From the NCBI GenBank assembly GCA_024638645.1, contig JAHEJX010000032.1, forward strand, positions 1-35,453: 35,453 bases of DNA, in the 5' to 3' direction. This stretch comes from Actinomycetes bacterium (lineage in GTDB: Bacteria > Actinomycetota > Acidimicrobiia > Spongiisociales > UBA5794). Positions 15,329 to 24,238 of the stretch are shown here, in pieces; the stretch's first letter is position 1, and each line of letters starts with the position of its first letter. The translations under genes were made by a program, and so were the position numbers. The notes below the pieces were generated by a model. That model was not told the origin of the DNA, ran no database searches, and worked only from the letters and a program-made list of their open reading frames with translations.

Positions 15329-17013
15329 AAGAGGGTGCTCGCGATCTCCCTGTTCAGAACGACGATCCGACCGATGAAGAATGCGAGCCCGAGCGCCACC
15401 GTAAGTGCCCAAATGCGACGTGGTGTCCAACGCTGTATGCCGATTGGCTGCCGGCTGGGGGCAAGGGCTCGGTTCTCTTCGAGTACGTCGCGCCCCGTGG
15501 CCTTCATCGCGGACCTCAGCTCGCCTGGAATCGTCACGCCTCGAGCCACCGCGAAGGCTTCACCGATGTCTTCCTCGGCAAAGATCTCGCCGGCAATCCG
15601 GTGCACGTCTTCCGCCTGGTACGCGAGCGAGAGCGTGAGAATCATGTTCGCCAGGTCGGCGGCTTCTCGCCACGCAGAAGCGCGAATCTCGCCAAAGGCG
15701 TGGTCGATCAGGAATATCTGCCCTTCTGCCACCAACACGTTTGCCGGCTTGATGTCGCGGTGAGCCAGCCCGGCCGCCCACATCGACTCAACGGCCTCGA
15801 GCCCTGCCCGCACGATGCTCTCGTCCACTGTGGCGTCGCCAATCTCGACCGCGCCATCAACGAAATCGGTGACGACCACGTACTCACGCCCGGGAGTGAT
15901 CTCGAGGATGCCACGCGGATTAGCCAGGGGTACGCCCGCCTGCTGCATGAGCCGCATCATGTGGTCTTCGTGCTCGGCGAGGCGTCTGACAGTTCGGTAG
16001 GGGGCTTCGTCTTCCAGCGCGCCGTACAGCAGCGATCTGCCGAGCTTGTACCAACGGTCCGACCTGAGATGGTTTTGTGCGTAGATCTTGGCGAAGACGT
16101 GTCCGCCGTCGGCAAGCTTCACGCGCAGTGGGGTAGAACCACCAGAGCCTTCAGCCCCAAAGAGCTCCAGGTCCGTAGCGCGGATCCCGAGCTGGTCCTT
16201 CAGCGCCGCGAGAATCGCGTCGCGTCGCGGGCCGGTGAGGTCGAGATGGGCAGTCTTGCTGCGCGAGTAGCTCACCGGGTAGACAGCGTCCGGCACCAGA
16301 AGGCGGAAGGCGAGCACCGGCAGAGCCACGGCAATGATGCCTCCCCCAAGACCATCTGTGACGCGGTCGACCCCCAAATAGACCCTGGCAACTCCCACAA
16401 TGACGATGAGCCCGGATGCGATCCTCAGGCTCACCGAGCGAACGCGGCCGGGAACGATCGTCGCGTAGACGATCGAAATCAGGGTCACCGCGAATGCCAC
16501 GTATGGCAGGGATGGAAAGGCGAACCCGGCCCAGTCGGCGAGGATCTCAATACCGTCGGGCCTAACCCGTGCCATTCGCCAAGTGAGCCCGGCCGCGACG
16601 ACTTCAGCGCCGAGTACCACCGTCACGAAGACGCCGAGGTGGCGCCACCTCTTGACCACAACCAACAGGATGATCGTGCCCCATCTCACGATGCTCATCA
16701 GTAGGTCGTCCGTGAGCGCGTTGAGAAGTCGCGCCGTCGCTGTCAGAGCATCGGAGCGCAGCCCGACTAGCCAGCTGAGGATGTTGTGGTCCAGTTCGTC
16801 CCACCAGCCGCCGCGGGCGAGGAAGAAGGTCGAGCGGGACAACAGCGTCACGAGAATCGCAGTCAGAGCCGTGATCAGGACGAGCCAGACCTTGCCGGAT
16901 CCTGCTAGGGCTTGCCGCGGTAGCGGTGACGGCTCACCGGATGGACGGCGGCGCCGGACCTCCCTGGTCACGGTCGGCTGCTGTTGAGACTCCTCGGGAG
17001 CCGATGTCGTCAT
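15325..17013 (-). CDS. Membrane protein: N-terminal PAP2-like multi-TM domain fused to C-terminal Kdo/RIO-like (lipopolysaccharide kinase family) kinase domain
   Basis: Six or more TM helices with degenerate PAP2 motifs. C-terminal catalytic loop HRDIKPANVLV and metal-binding LIDHAFGE. Confidence 0.7.
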   Translation of the reverse strand: MTTSAPEESQQQPTVTREVRRRRPSGEPSPLPRQALAGSGKVWLVLITALTAILVTLLSRSTFFLARGGWWDELDHNILSWLVGLRSDALTATARLLNALTDDLLMSIVRWGTIILLVVVKRWRHLGVFVTVVLGAEVVAAGLTWRMARVRPDGIEILADWAGFAFPSLPYVAFAVTLISIVYATIVPGRVRSVSLRIASGLIVIVGVARVYLGVDRVTDGLGGGIIAVALPVLAFRLLVPDAVYPVSYSRSKTAHLDLTGPRRDAILAALKDQLGIRATDLELFGAEGSGGSTPLRVKLADGGHVFAKIYAQNHLRSDRWYKLGRSLLYGALEDEAPYRTVRRLAEHEDHMMRLMQQAGVPLANPRGILEITPGREYVVVTDFVDGAVEIGDATVDESIVRAGLEAVESMWAAGLAHRDIKPANVLVAEGQIFLIDHAFGEIRASAWREAADLANMILTLSLAYQAEDVHRIAGEIFAEEDIGEAFAVARGVTIPGELRSAMKATGRDVLEENRALAPSRQPIGIQRWTPRRIWALTVALGLAFFIGRIVVLNREIASTLL

Positions 17014-17128
17014 CGCTTGGCCCCAGGTTGCTGCCTCCTTTGAGTCTATTGAAGCTCCGTTGTCATTACCCGCGGCTTTCTACCTGCATCTGCGGCTACC
17101 CGTTTGCTGCACCGGCTAGCGTCGCGAC

Positions 17129-18349
17129 ATGCCTGACACCCAACTCCTTTCCAACTACGCAGACATCGCAATCCAGATCGGCATCGGATTGGAGCCCGGC
17201 GATCGGCTGCTCGTCAGCTCTTCAGTCGATGCGATCGAGTTCACTCGAATCATCGTGGAGCGTGCCTACGTCGCTGGGGCCTTCAACGTCGACGTGGTGT
17301 GGAATGACGATGCGGTTTCCCGGGCTCGATTCGAGCGTGGCCCGGCAGAGTCGTGGCAGGCCGTCGCGAGCAGCACCCGTGGACGCCTTGCCGCGTTTGA
17401 AGCAGGCGACAAGCTTCTCAGTGTCTTCGCCAACGACCCCAACTCCATGGCCGGCATCGAGCCAGAGCGACTCGCTACATTCCGAAAAGTCAACACTCAG
17501 GCGCTGGAGCCCGTGTTGCGAGCCCAGGGCAATCTGGAGCGGGCGTGGAGCATCGTGGCTGCCCCCAGCGAGGCGTGGGCGAGAACCGTCTTCCCCGAGC
17601 TTTCGACCGAAGATGCCATTGAGTCGATGTGGGCTGCAATCTTCCGAGCGTGCCGGGCGGATCAGGATGACCCGGTGGCGGCATGGCGGGCTCATGTCAC
17701 AGACCTCAACGCACGAGCCGGCTATTTGACGACCCGTGGTTATACGGGCCTGCGCTACGAGGGGCCCGGCACGGAGCTGCGTCTTGGGCTTCCCGCGAAC
17801 CCTCGCTGGGTGGGCGGCAGTAACAACGGCCCGTTTGTGCCCAACATCCCGACGGAGGAAGTGTTCTGTGGCCCACACCGGATGGTTGGAGAGGGGACCG
17901 TTACTGCGAGCAAACCGCTGAGCCTGTTCGGCAATCTCATCGAGGGCTTCGTGTTCGAGGTCGAGAAGGGCAGGATCGTCAAGGCCACGGCGGAGAAAGG
18001 CCAGGACGTGCTCGATCAGCTGCTCGCCACAGACGGCGGCTCAATGCGGTTTGGCGAGTGCGCAATGGTCCCGATGTCGAGCGCAGTTGCAGCCGAAGGA
18101 CTCATCTGGAACAACACCCTGTACGACGAGAACGACGGATGTCACATCGCCATCGGCAGGGCATACCCGATCAACATCGAAGGTGGCACCGCGATGTCAT
18201 CGACAGAGCTCGAGGCGGCCGGCCTGAATCAGAGCACCACCCACGTCGACTTCGTAGTCGGCTCACCCAACCTCAACGTCTACGGCGTCACCGCCAACGG
18301 CACCGAAGAACCCATCATCACGGGCGGTGAGTGGGGGTTTGGCGGCTGA
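17129..18349 (+). CDS. Aminopeptidase, M29 family (AmpS/PepS thermophilic metalloprotease)
   Basis: Full-length similarity pattern to M29 aminopeptidases (…GCHIAIGRAYP…, E/H metal ligands). Confidence 0.8.
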   Translation: MPDTQLLSNYADIAIQIGIGLEPGDRLLVSSSVDAIEFTRIIVERAYVAGAFNVDVVWNDDAVSRARFERGPAESWQAVASSTRGRLAAFEAGDKLLSVFANDPNSMAGIEPERLATFRKVNTQALEPVLRAQGNLERAWSIVAAPSEAWARTVFPELSTEDAIESMWAAIFRACRADQDDPVAAWRAHVTDLNARAGYLTTRGYTGLRYEGPGTELRLGLPANPRWVGGSNNGPFVPNIPTEEVFCGPHRMVGEGTVTASKPLSLFGNLIEGFVFEVEKGRIVKATAEKGQDVLDQLLATDGGSMRFGECAMVPMSSAVAAEGLIWNNTLYDENDGCHIAIGRAYPINIEGGTAMSSTELEAAGLNQSTTHVDFVVGSPNLNVYGVTANGTEEPIITGGEWGFGG

Positions 18350-18435
18350 TGGCGGTGCCTTAAACGCTATCTCGTCGGGAAATGCGCTATGAAGCCGGCT
18401 CTCTATTCCGGCATCCATCACATAGTCGGCTGTGA

Positions 18436-18795
18436 GGTACCGGACGATCCGGAGCCGGCCAGGCAAAGTATGTGACGCCTGCGGTGTTCGCCGACTGCAC
18501 CGACGACTTGCCGTTCGGGACAGACGAGGTGGTCGGGCCGCTCATGGTGGTCCCGCCCTTCGATGAAGAGGACGAGATGACTCCGCGCGCCAATGCAACG
18601 GACTCTGGCCTCTTCGGCGCCGTGTCCTCCTCCGACGTCAGCCGGGCCAACGGCGTTGTCAATGCGATCGACTCCGGCTCGGTCTTGATCAACGACTTCG
18701 GCACGCTGCCGGCATCGGTGCCATTCGGCGGGTACAAGCACTCCGGAATCGGCTACCACGCCATCGAGCACTACACCCAGGTCAAGCTGATCTAG
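18436..18795 (+). pseudogene. Aldehyde dehydrogenase C-terminal fragment (gene remnant; N-terminal ~370 codons absent)
   Basis: The frame opens after a TGA at 18433-18435 and encodes only the ALDH C-terminus (…EEIFGPV-like VVGPLMVVPPFDEEDE, PFGGYKHSGIG, EHYTQVKLI). The upstream 123 bp abut the aminopeptidase stop. Confidence 0.55.
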
Positions 18796-18906
18796 ACCAA
18801 CCTCGGCGGCGTCGACCGTTACAGGTGAGTCGGTGGCGGGACCGTTCGGTCGCGAACCAATTCGGTTCGAGCGGTGTATCAGGGGCAACCTAGAGAAAGG
18901 TCTGCC

Positions 18907-19611
18907 ATGCAACGGCGAACGATGCCGATTGCCCTGCTCATCGTTGCTTTCCTAATCAATGCCCCGGCGGCGTTCGCCAAGGGGCCCTCTGGCGCCACTA
19001 TCGAGGGTGATGGAGTGAAGGGCGCGGTCGTGGTCGAACGGCCGGGCGAGCTCGGCCAGGGGACCGCCATGAGCCGACTCGTGGAGGCGGTTGGTTTCTT
19101 CGAGCTCACGTTCGGCGAGTCCGCCAAAGTCAGCGCTGGCCAGCCGACCAAGTCGCTGGGAAAGTCGCGGCTGGTGATCACGTGGGATATGACGGACGGT
19201 GACACCATTATCCAGCACATCTATCACGATGCCGCAGGCGGGCCCGTCGCGCATATGGCCCCGGGGCAGAGATTCTGGGCGGACACCGCCACGACCGCGG
19301 GCGGGTGGTTCACCATCACGGGGGACATCGCGACCCCGCTCGTCGAGCTCGGCGTCGACGAGACCGCGGTTGGCCATCTTCTGATGAAGAAGGCCGAGCC
19401 GGTGGAGAAGGCCGAGCCGGTGAAGAAGGTTGAGCCCGACAAGCCCGATCCTGCCGTGGCGGTGACAGCGGCCGCGGCGCCGACCGGGACGAGCTCGCTC
19501 GCCGAGTCCTCCGGCGTCGACAGCGCTCTGATTGTGGCTGCGGTGTTGCTGATTGCGGGCATGATTGGGGTCGGCACTTGGATGACACGACGACGTCCCA
19601 TGCCACGGTGA
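18907..19611 (+). CDS. Secreted protein with C-terminal TM anchor, unknown function
   Basis: Signal peptide MQRRTMPIALLIVAFLINAPAAFA. C-terminal hydrophobic helix followed by RRRPMPR. ATG at 18907 with GAGAAAGG upstream. Confidence 0.55.
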   Translation: MQRRTMPIALLIVAFLINAPAAFAKGPSGATIEGDGVKGAVVVERPGELGQGTAMSRLVEAVGFFELTFGESAKVSAGQPTKSLGKSRLVITWDMTDGDTIIQHIYHDAAGGPVAHMAPGQRFWADTATTAGGWFTITGDIATPLVELGVDETAVGHLLMKKAEPVEKAEPVKKVEPDKPDPAVAVTAAAAPTGTSSLAESSGVDSALIVAAVLLIAGMIGVGTWMTRRRPMPR

Positions 19612-19627
19612 GCCAGCGAGGAGGGTG

Positions 19628-20185
19628 GTGGACCGACCGCCTGAGACCGATCGAAAATTGGCAGCGAGGGCACGCCTCGGCGACCTCGCTGCCTATGCCG
19701 AACTCGTCCGTCGCTACGAGCAGCTTGCCTATCGGGTCGCCTGGTTGGTGTGCCGCTCCGCAGCTGAGGCCGAGGACGCTGCTCAGGAGGGCTTCATCAA
19801 GGCATACCGAGCGATGGGCCGATTGCGGGAGGGAGCCGAGTTCCGGCCCTGGCTGCTCCAGATCGTGGCCAATCAGGCGCGGAACCGGGCACGGTCGGCC
19901 ATCCGGCGGGCCCGCTACGAGACTCTGGCGGCCGTCGACTCGGTTGGCGCGGTCCCGTCTCCCGAGGCGGCGGCCGTCGAGCACGAGCTGCAGCAGAGTC
20001 TGCTCGCCGCCGTTGACAGGCTGCCGGAGAGGGAGCGGCTGATCGTGGCCTGCCGCTATCTCCTTGAACTGTCCGAGGCGGAGACCGCCTCCATCGCGGG
20101 CGTACCGCCGGGCACCGTCAAATCGCGCCTTGCCCGCGCTATGGGCCGCCTGCGGGCCGTGCTGGAGGAGGTGGAACGTGACTAA
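19628..20185 (+). CDS. ECF (group IV) RNA polymerase sigma factor
   Basis: Sigma-70 region 2 (FIKAYRAMG…RPWLLQIVANQARN) and region 4 (ASIAGVPPGTVKSRLARAMGRLR). GAGGAGG RBS 5 nt before GTG 19628. Confidence 0.85.
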   Translation: MDRPPETDRKLAARARLGDLAAYAELVRRYEQLAYRVAWLVCRSAAEAEDAAQEGFIKAYRAMGRLREGAEFRPWLLQIVANQARNRARSAIRRARYETLAAVDSVGAVPSPEAAAVEHELQQSLLAAVDRLPERERLIVACRYLLELSEAETASIAGVPPGTVKSRLARAMGRLRAVLEEVERD

Positions 20186-20912
20186 CGATCGTCTCGAGCG
20201 CGAGCTGCAGGCTCTGTCCGAGGTCGTGTTCCCCGCAACCCCGCCGCTGGTGAACGCAGTGATGGCCGGGATTGCCCAGCCAGCCGCGCCGCGCCGGCGC
20301 TGGGTGGCTGCCGTCGCCGCAGCGGCCGTGGTCGTGGTCGCAGTGCTGGCGCTGCCGGCGCCGCGGGCGGCCCTGGCGCGGCTCCTCGGAATCGGTGGAG
20401 TCACCATCGAACACGTCGCTGAGTACGACCTGCCGCCGGCCTCGCCGACGGCAGAGCCGCTGGGCCGCGAGGTGGAGCTCGACGAAGTCGCCGGACTGGT
20501 CGGGTTCGCCCCGCGGCTGCCGCGCGTCGCCGGGCTCACCGACCCCGCCTTATTCGTGCGCACCGACGTCGCCGACGGGCTGGCCAGTCTGGTGTATCGC
20601 AACGAGGGCGAGAGCGCCGGGCTGATCATCACGCAGTTCCGCACCGCAGGCGAGGTGGCCATCAAGCAGCTGTCAGGGGATGCCCGCTTCCGTGAGGTCA
20701 CCATCGCCGGGGAGCTACGCGGCTTCTGGATCGAAGGGAGTCACACGATTGCATTCTTCGGGGCAGACGACACCGTGCTCGAAGACTCCGCCCGCCTCGT
20801 TGGCAACACCCTCTTGTGGCAGGACGATGAGCTCACGTTCCGCATCGAGTCCGCCCTGCCGCTCAGCGAAGTGTTGGCGATCGCCCAATCGATCGGGAGC
20901 GACGCCGGCTAG
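20178..20912 (+). CDS. Putative anti-sigma factor / ECF-associated single-pass membrane protein
   Basis: GTG start overlaps the sigma stop (GTGA) after a GGAGGAGG RBS. Short N-terminal cytoplasmic segment, one TM (WVAAVAAAAVVVVAVLAL), extracytoplasmic C-terminal domain. Confidence 0.6.
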   Translation: MTNDRLERELQALSEVVFPATPPLVNAVMAGIAQPAAPRRRWVAAVAAAAVVVVAVLALPAPRAALARLLGIGGVTIEHVAEYDLPPASPTAEPLGREVELDEVAGLVGFAPRLPRVAGLTDPALFVRTDVADGLASLVYRNEGESAGLIITQFRTAGEVAIKQLSGDARFREVTIAGELRGFWIEGSHTIAFFGADDTVLEDSARLVGNTLLWQDDELTFRIESALPLSEVLAIAQSIGSDAG

Positions 20913-20973
20913 GCGCTGCCGCGTACCGATCAGCGATGAGCGCCGCGTCTTCAACCCGTCGTGCGCACGAAGC

Positions 20974-20999
20974 GGTGCACGGGCCGAAACCCGTGCACC
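20974..20999. terminator. Hairpin (10-bp stem GGTGCACGGG, 6-nt loop) between convergent genes
   Basis: GGTGCACGGG ccgaaa CCCGTGCACC seen directly. No T-tract. Confidence 0.45.
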
Positions 21000-21021
21000 T
21001 AGTTCGTAGGTCGTCGCTGTT

Positions 21022-21549
21022 CTACAGGCTGAGCTTGGCCAGGCCCTGGCCCAGGACTGCTCCGCCCGACCCTTTGATCGTCACCATGTAGACGTAGTCA
21101 CCAGCGATCCACTCGCAGCTGGCGTTGTTGACAAACGGCACCAATCGGATGCTGTAGACCCCGTTCCCGGAGTTGCTGAATTGGATTGGCGTTGCGGCGC
21201 AGCCACCGGCGGCGACCGTCAACGAGCTGAGCTCGACGCGAGCCGGCAGCGTGATCCCGGTGTTGTTGCGCGCCACTGAGGCAGCGACGTTGCTTATTGG
21301 CCTCTGGGTGCGTGACTTGGTCACTAGAACGGTCATCAGAACATCGCCTTTGTTGCCAGGATTAGCGTTTAGGGCGTTTACCTCGGTGTCAACCTCCGCT
21401 CCGATGACATGCGTCGCAACTGCGCCTGCGTCGGCTTCGCCTTGTATTGCCATGAGCATCGCCACCGCCAGTGCGATTGCAAGCAATGCAGCTAGAGCTG
21501 CTCGTCTATTACTTAGTGTGAAAGCGTTCACTTCTTCCCCCAAACTCAC
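21022..21549 (-). CDS. Secreted hypothetical protein (signal peptide, Cys pair)
   Basis: N-terminal hydrophobic signal RRAALAALLAIALAVAMLMA. The alternative GTG start at 21531 has a GGGGGAAG RBS. Confidence 0.5.
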   Translation of the reverse strand: MSLGEEVNAFTLSNRRAALAALLAIALAVAMLMAIQGEADAGAVATHVIGAEVDTEVNALNANPGNKGDVLMTVLVTKSRTQRPISNVAASVARNNTGITLPARVELSSLTVAAGGCAATPIQFSNSGNGVYSIRLVPFVNNASCEWIAGDYVYMVTIKGSGGAVLGQGLAKLSL

Positions 21550-22277
21550 TTCTGGGCCCTTGCAGCTATAAGAGAGCTGCGGGTCGCTTGAGATACACGG
21601 TTCCGATCACGAACCCCGTTGGTCGCTCCAGCCCGGCTGCTGGACGCTGAGCGGCTGTGGCCGGGCCCGGTAGGCATGCGAAGAGAGGACCCCGGCGGGG
21701 GCCCGGTCCTCTCGGCAATCGTCCGCTATCAGGGGTTCTGTCACTTGCACCCTCCTTTGGCCTTGTACCAGGTGACCAGACTGGTGAAATGGTCGTCTAC
21801 GTAGACGTTGCGACGAAGACGTGAATCAATCCGTCTCCTTCTGCGCTGACGTAGACGTCCCTGCGGGCGTCGATGCCCACGCCAACAGCTCCCGCGATGC
21901 CTTGCTCTCCGCTCGGGGCTCCCCATTCCGACTATTGGCCCTTCTCAGCTAGCCCACCAGTGCCCGCCCGTACGACCGGTCCGGCCAAGCCGAATATCAA
22001 GCCAAACTCCATTCCCACTACAAGAGTCCTTCGAATGCAGCACCTCCAAGTGCTTTGCCCCCACGTGCCGGGACGGCTGGAGCCGTCGCAACTCCAAAAG
22101 TAAGACCGCGAAACGATCGCTGACCAGAGGCCTAAGACACAACCTGCTTTGTGCTACCGGGTTGAAAATGCCATGCAGACACGCTCATCGGCCAGGTCGG
22201 GTAACCGGCGCCGTGCGGTGTGGATGTGCATTTCCGGTGGCGAGATGATTACGGCGGGCGGGTGAGCCCGGCTTTGG

Positions 22278-22368
22278 CGGAGGGAGTGGGATTTGAACCC
22301 ACGAAGCGGCGTAAACCACTTACGCGCTTTCCAGGCGCGCGCACTAGGCCAGACTATGCGATCCCTCC
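22278..22368 (-). tRNA. tRNA-Ser (anticodon GGA), type II
   Basis: Reverse complement reads GGAGGGA…CGCGC CTGGAAA GCGCG…long variable arm…GTGGGTTCAAATCCCAC TCCCTCC G. Confidence 0.8.
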
Positions 22369-22400
22369 TAGGGTGCCCGAGATTGTAGAAGAGGATTCCG

Positions 22401-22883
22401 ATGGCCAAGTCAGGGGCTGACCGAGCCAGCCAGTTCGAAGAGTGGATGCACCTGGCCTTGGGTCAGGCACACATTGCGGGCGAGCACGGCGACGTCCCGG
22501 TCGGCGCCGTTCTTGTCAACAGGGCCGGCGAAATCGTGGCTGCTGCCCACAATCGCCGAGAAGTCGACGGCGACGCTACCGCCCACGCCGAGATGTTGGC
22601 CATCTCGATGGCCTCGAGGGCCAACGGCGACTGGCACCTCGACGGCCACACGCTCGTTGTGACGCTCGAGCCATGCGCCATGTGTGCCATGGCGGCGGTG
22701 TGGGCACGTGTTGAGCGCATCGTTTATGGCGCGGCGGACCTCAAGGCCGGAGGGGCGTGGAGTCTGTACAACATCCCGCAAGACGAACGACTGAACCATC
22801 GGATCGATCTGGTCCATGGAGTGCTCGGCGACGATTGCGCAGCGATGCTGACGGACTTCTTCGAGGCGAAGCGCGAGGTCTAG
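22401..22883 (+). CDS. tadA: tRNA-specific adenosine deaminase TadA
   Basis: Zinc-binding HAE and PCAMCA motifs of cytidine/deoxycytidylate deaminase-fold TadA. GAAGAGGA RBS. Confidence 0.85.
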   Translation: MAKSGADRASQFEEWMHLALGQAHIAGEHGDVPVGAVLVNRAGEIVAAAHNRREVDGDATAHAEMLAISMASRANGDWHLDGHTLVVTLEPCAMCAMAAVWARVERIVYGAADLKAGGAWSLYNIPQDERLNHRIDLVHGVLGDDCAAMLTDFFEAKREV

Positions 22884-24238
22884 CTCGGCTCGGTCGACGT
22901 CCCTCGGTTCAGGACGCACGCTGCAACGTGGTCTTCGCTGCGCAGTGTGAGCTGCACCTCATCGACTGCGGTGAAACGGATCCGTGTGTCCGTGCCTGTG
23001 GTGTTTAGATCTTCGATGGCGCTGCGCATCGCATCGGGGACCGCGTCGCTGCGGAGAGCTGCAGCCAGACGGTTGGCTGCGTCTTCGCTGCGGAAGGACA
23101 GCGCGGCCTCGAACGGGCTCTTTCGCTCCACGTCGCGCAGTTCGTCGAACATGCCTTCTTCGTCCTCGAGCCAGCGGACGATGTCGTCGACTTCCCAGCC
23201 GCAGGCGGGAGTGGCGACGGGGCAGCGGGTGTGAAAACGGCAACCTTGAGGCGGCAAGGCCGGATCGGGAATTGCTCCCTCCAGCGCCTGCAAGTCTTGA
23301 GCCGACTCCTTCATGTCTGGGCTCGAGGCGAGAAGCGCGTCGGTATATGGGTGCTCGGGCCGCTCGAAGATCGTCTGCGTTGGGCCGGCCTCGGCGACTT
23401 TGCCGACGTACATCACGACGATGCGGTCGGCCATGTGGCGCACGACAGACAGATCGTGTGTGATGAATAGGTACGCGAGGTTGCGCTCCTGCTGCAGTTC
23501 GTGGAGCAGGTTCAGGATTTGCGCCTGTACGGAAACGTCGAGAGCGCTCGTTGGCTCGTCGAGGATGACGAGCTCAGGATCGAGCGCCAGCGCTCGTGCA
23601 ATAGATATGCGTTGCCGTTGGCCGCCTGAGAACTGATGCGGATAGCGGAACAGGTGCTGGCGACCGAGACCGACCTGTTCGAGCAACTCGACGACTCGTT
23701 CGGTGAGGTCTGAGCCCGAGGCCTCACGATGGACACGAAGTGGCCGTCCAACGATGTCCTTGATCAGTTGCCGTGGATTGAGGGAGGCGAACGATTCCTG
23801 GAAGACAACCTGGCAGTTGCGCCGGTAGTGATCGAAGGCGTCACCGACCATTACGTCCACTCGATGGTTCGCGTCGAGGGCGGATAGAGCCTCCGATTGC
23901 TCGTCGGTGCGATCAGGTGATTGCACTTCGAGCAGTGTGTCGAGCTTGCGGCGCTCCTCTCCGCCCAGCCCGAAGTAGACCCCGCCATCGGTCGGTTCGG
24001 TCAGCCCGCTCACGACACGGCCAAGCGTCGTCTTGCCGCAACCGCTCTCACCGACGAGCCCGACAGTTTCGCCTCGCCGAATGTCGAAGCTGACCCCGTC
24101 GACCGCTTTGATGTGACCTACGACCTTCTGTAGTGCCCCTTCGCGAATGGGGAAGTGCTTCTTGAGGTCGCGGACTGCCACAAGCAGGTCGTCGCCGTCG
24201 CGCCCAGTTCGGACCACGGTGTTCGCCGGCGCCGTCAT
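22880..24238 (-). CDS. Peptide/nickel-type ABC transporter ATP-binding protein (DppF/OppF-like) with ~110-aa C-terminal extension
   Basis: Walker A (GESGCGKTT), signature (LSGGQRQR), Walker B ([10 protein letters not shown]), H-loop. ATG at 24238 overlaps the upstream stop (ATGA). Confidence 0.85.
   Translation of the reverse strand: MTAPANTVVRTGRDGDDLLVAVRDLKKHFPIREGALQKVVGHIKAVDGVSFDIRRGETVGLVGESGCGKTTLGRVVSGLTEPTDGGVYFGLGGEERRKLDTLLEVQSPDRTDEQSEALSALDANHRVDVMVGDAFDHYRRNCQVVFQESFASLNPRQLIKDIVGRPLRVHREASGSDLTERVVELLEQVGLGRQHLFRYPHQFSGGQRQRISIARALALDPELVILDEPTSALDVSVQAQILNLLHELQQERNLAYLFITHDLSVVRHMADRIVVMYVGKVAEAGPTQTIFERPEHPYTDALLASSPDMKESAQDLQALEGAIPDPALPPQGCRFHTRCPVATPACGWEVDDIVRWLEDEEGMFDELRDVERKSPFEAALSFRSEDAANRLAAALRSDAVPDAMRSAIEDLNTTGTDTRIRFTAVDEVQLTLRSEDHVAACVLNRGTSTEPS

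Noticed and set aside
21741-21926. 61-aa minus-strand ORF ending just before the 21683-21714 hairpin
   Set aside because: Arg-rich low-complexity N-terminus, no RBS or domain signal. Kept only as part of the unexplained intergenic region finding.
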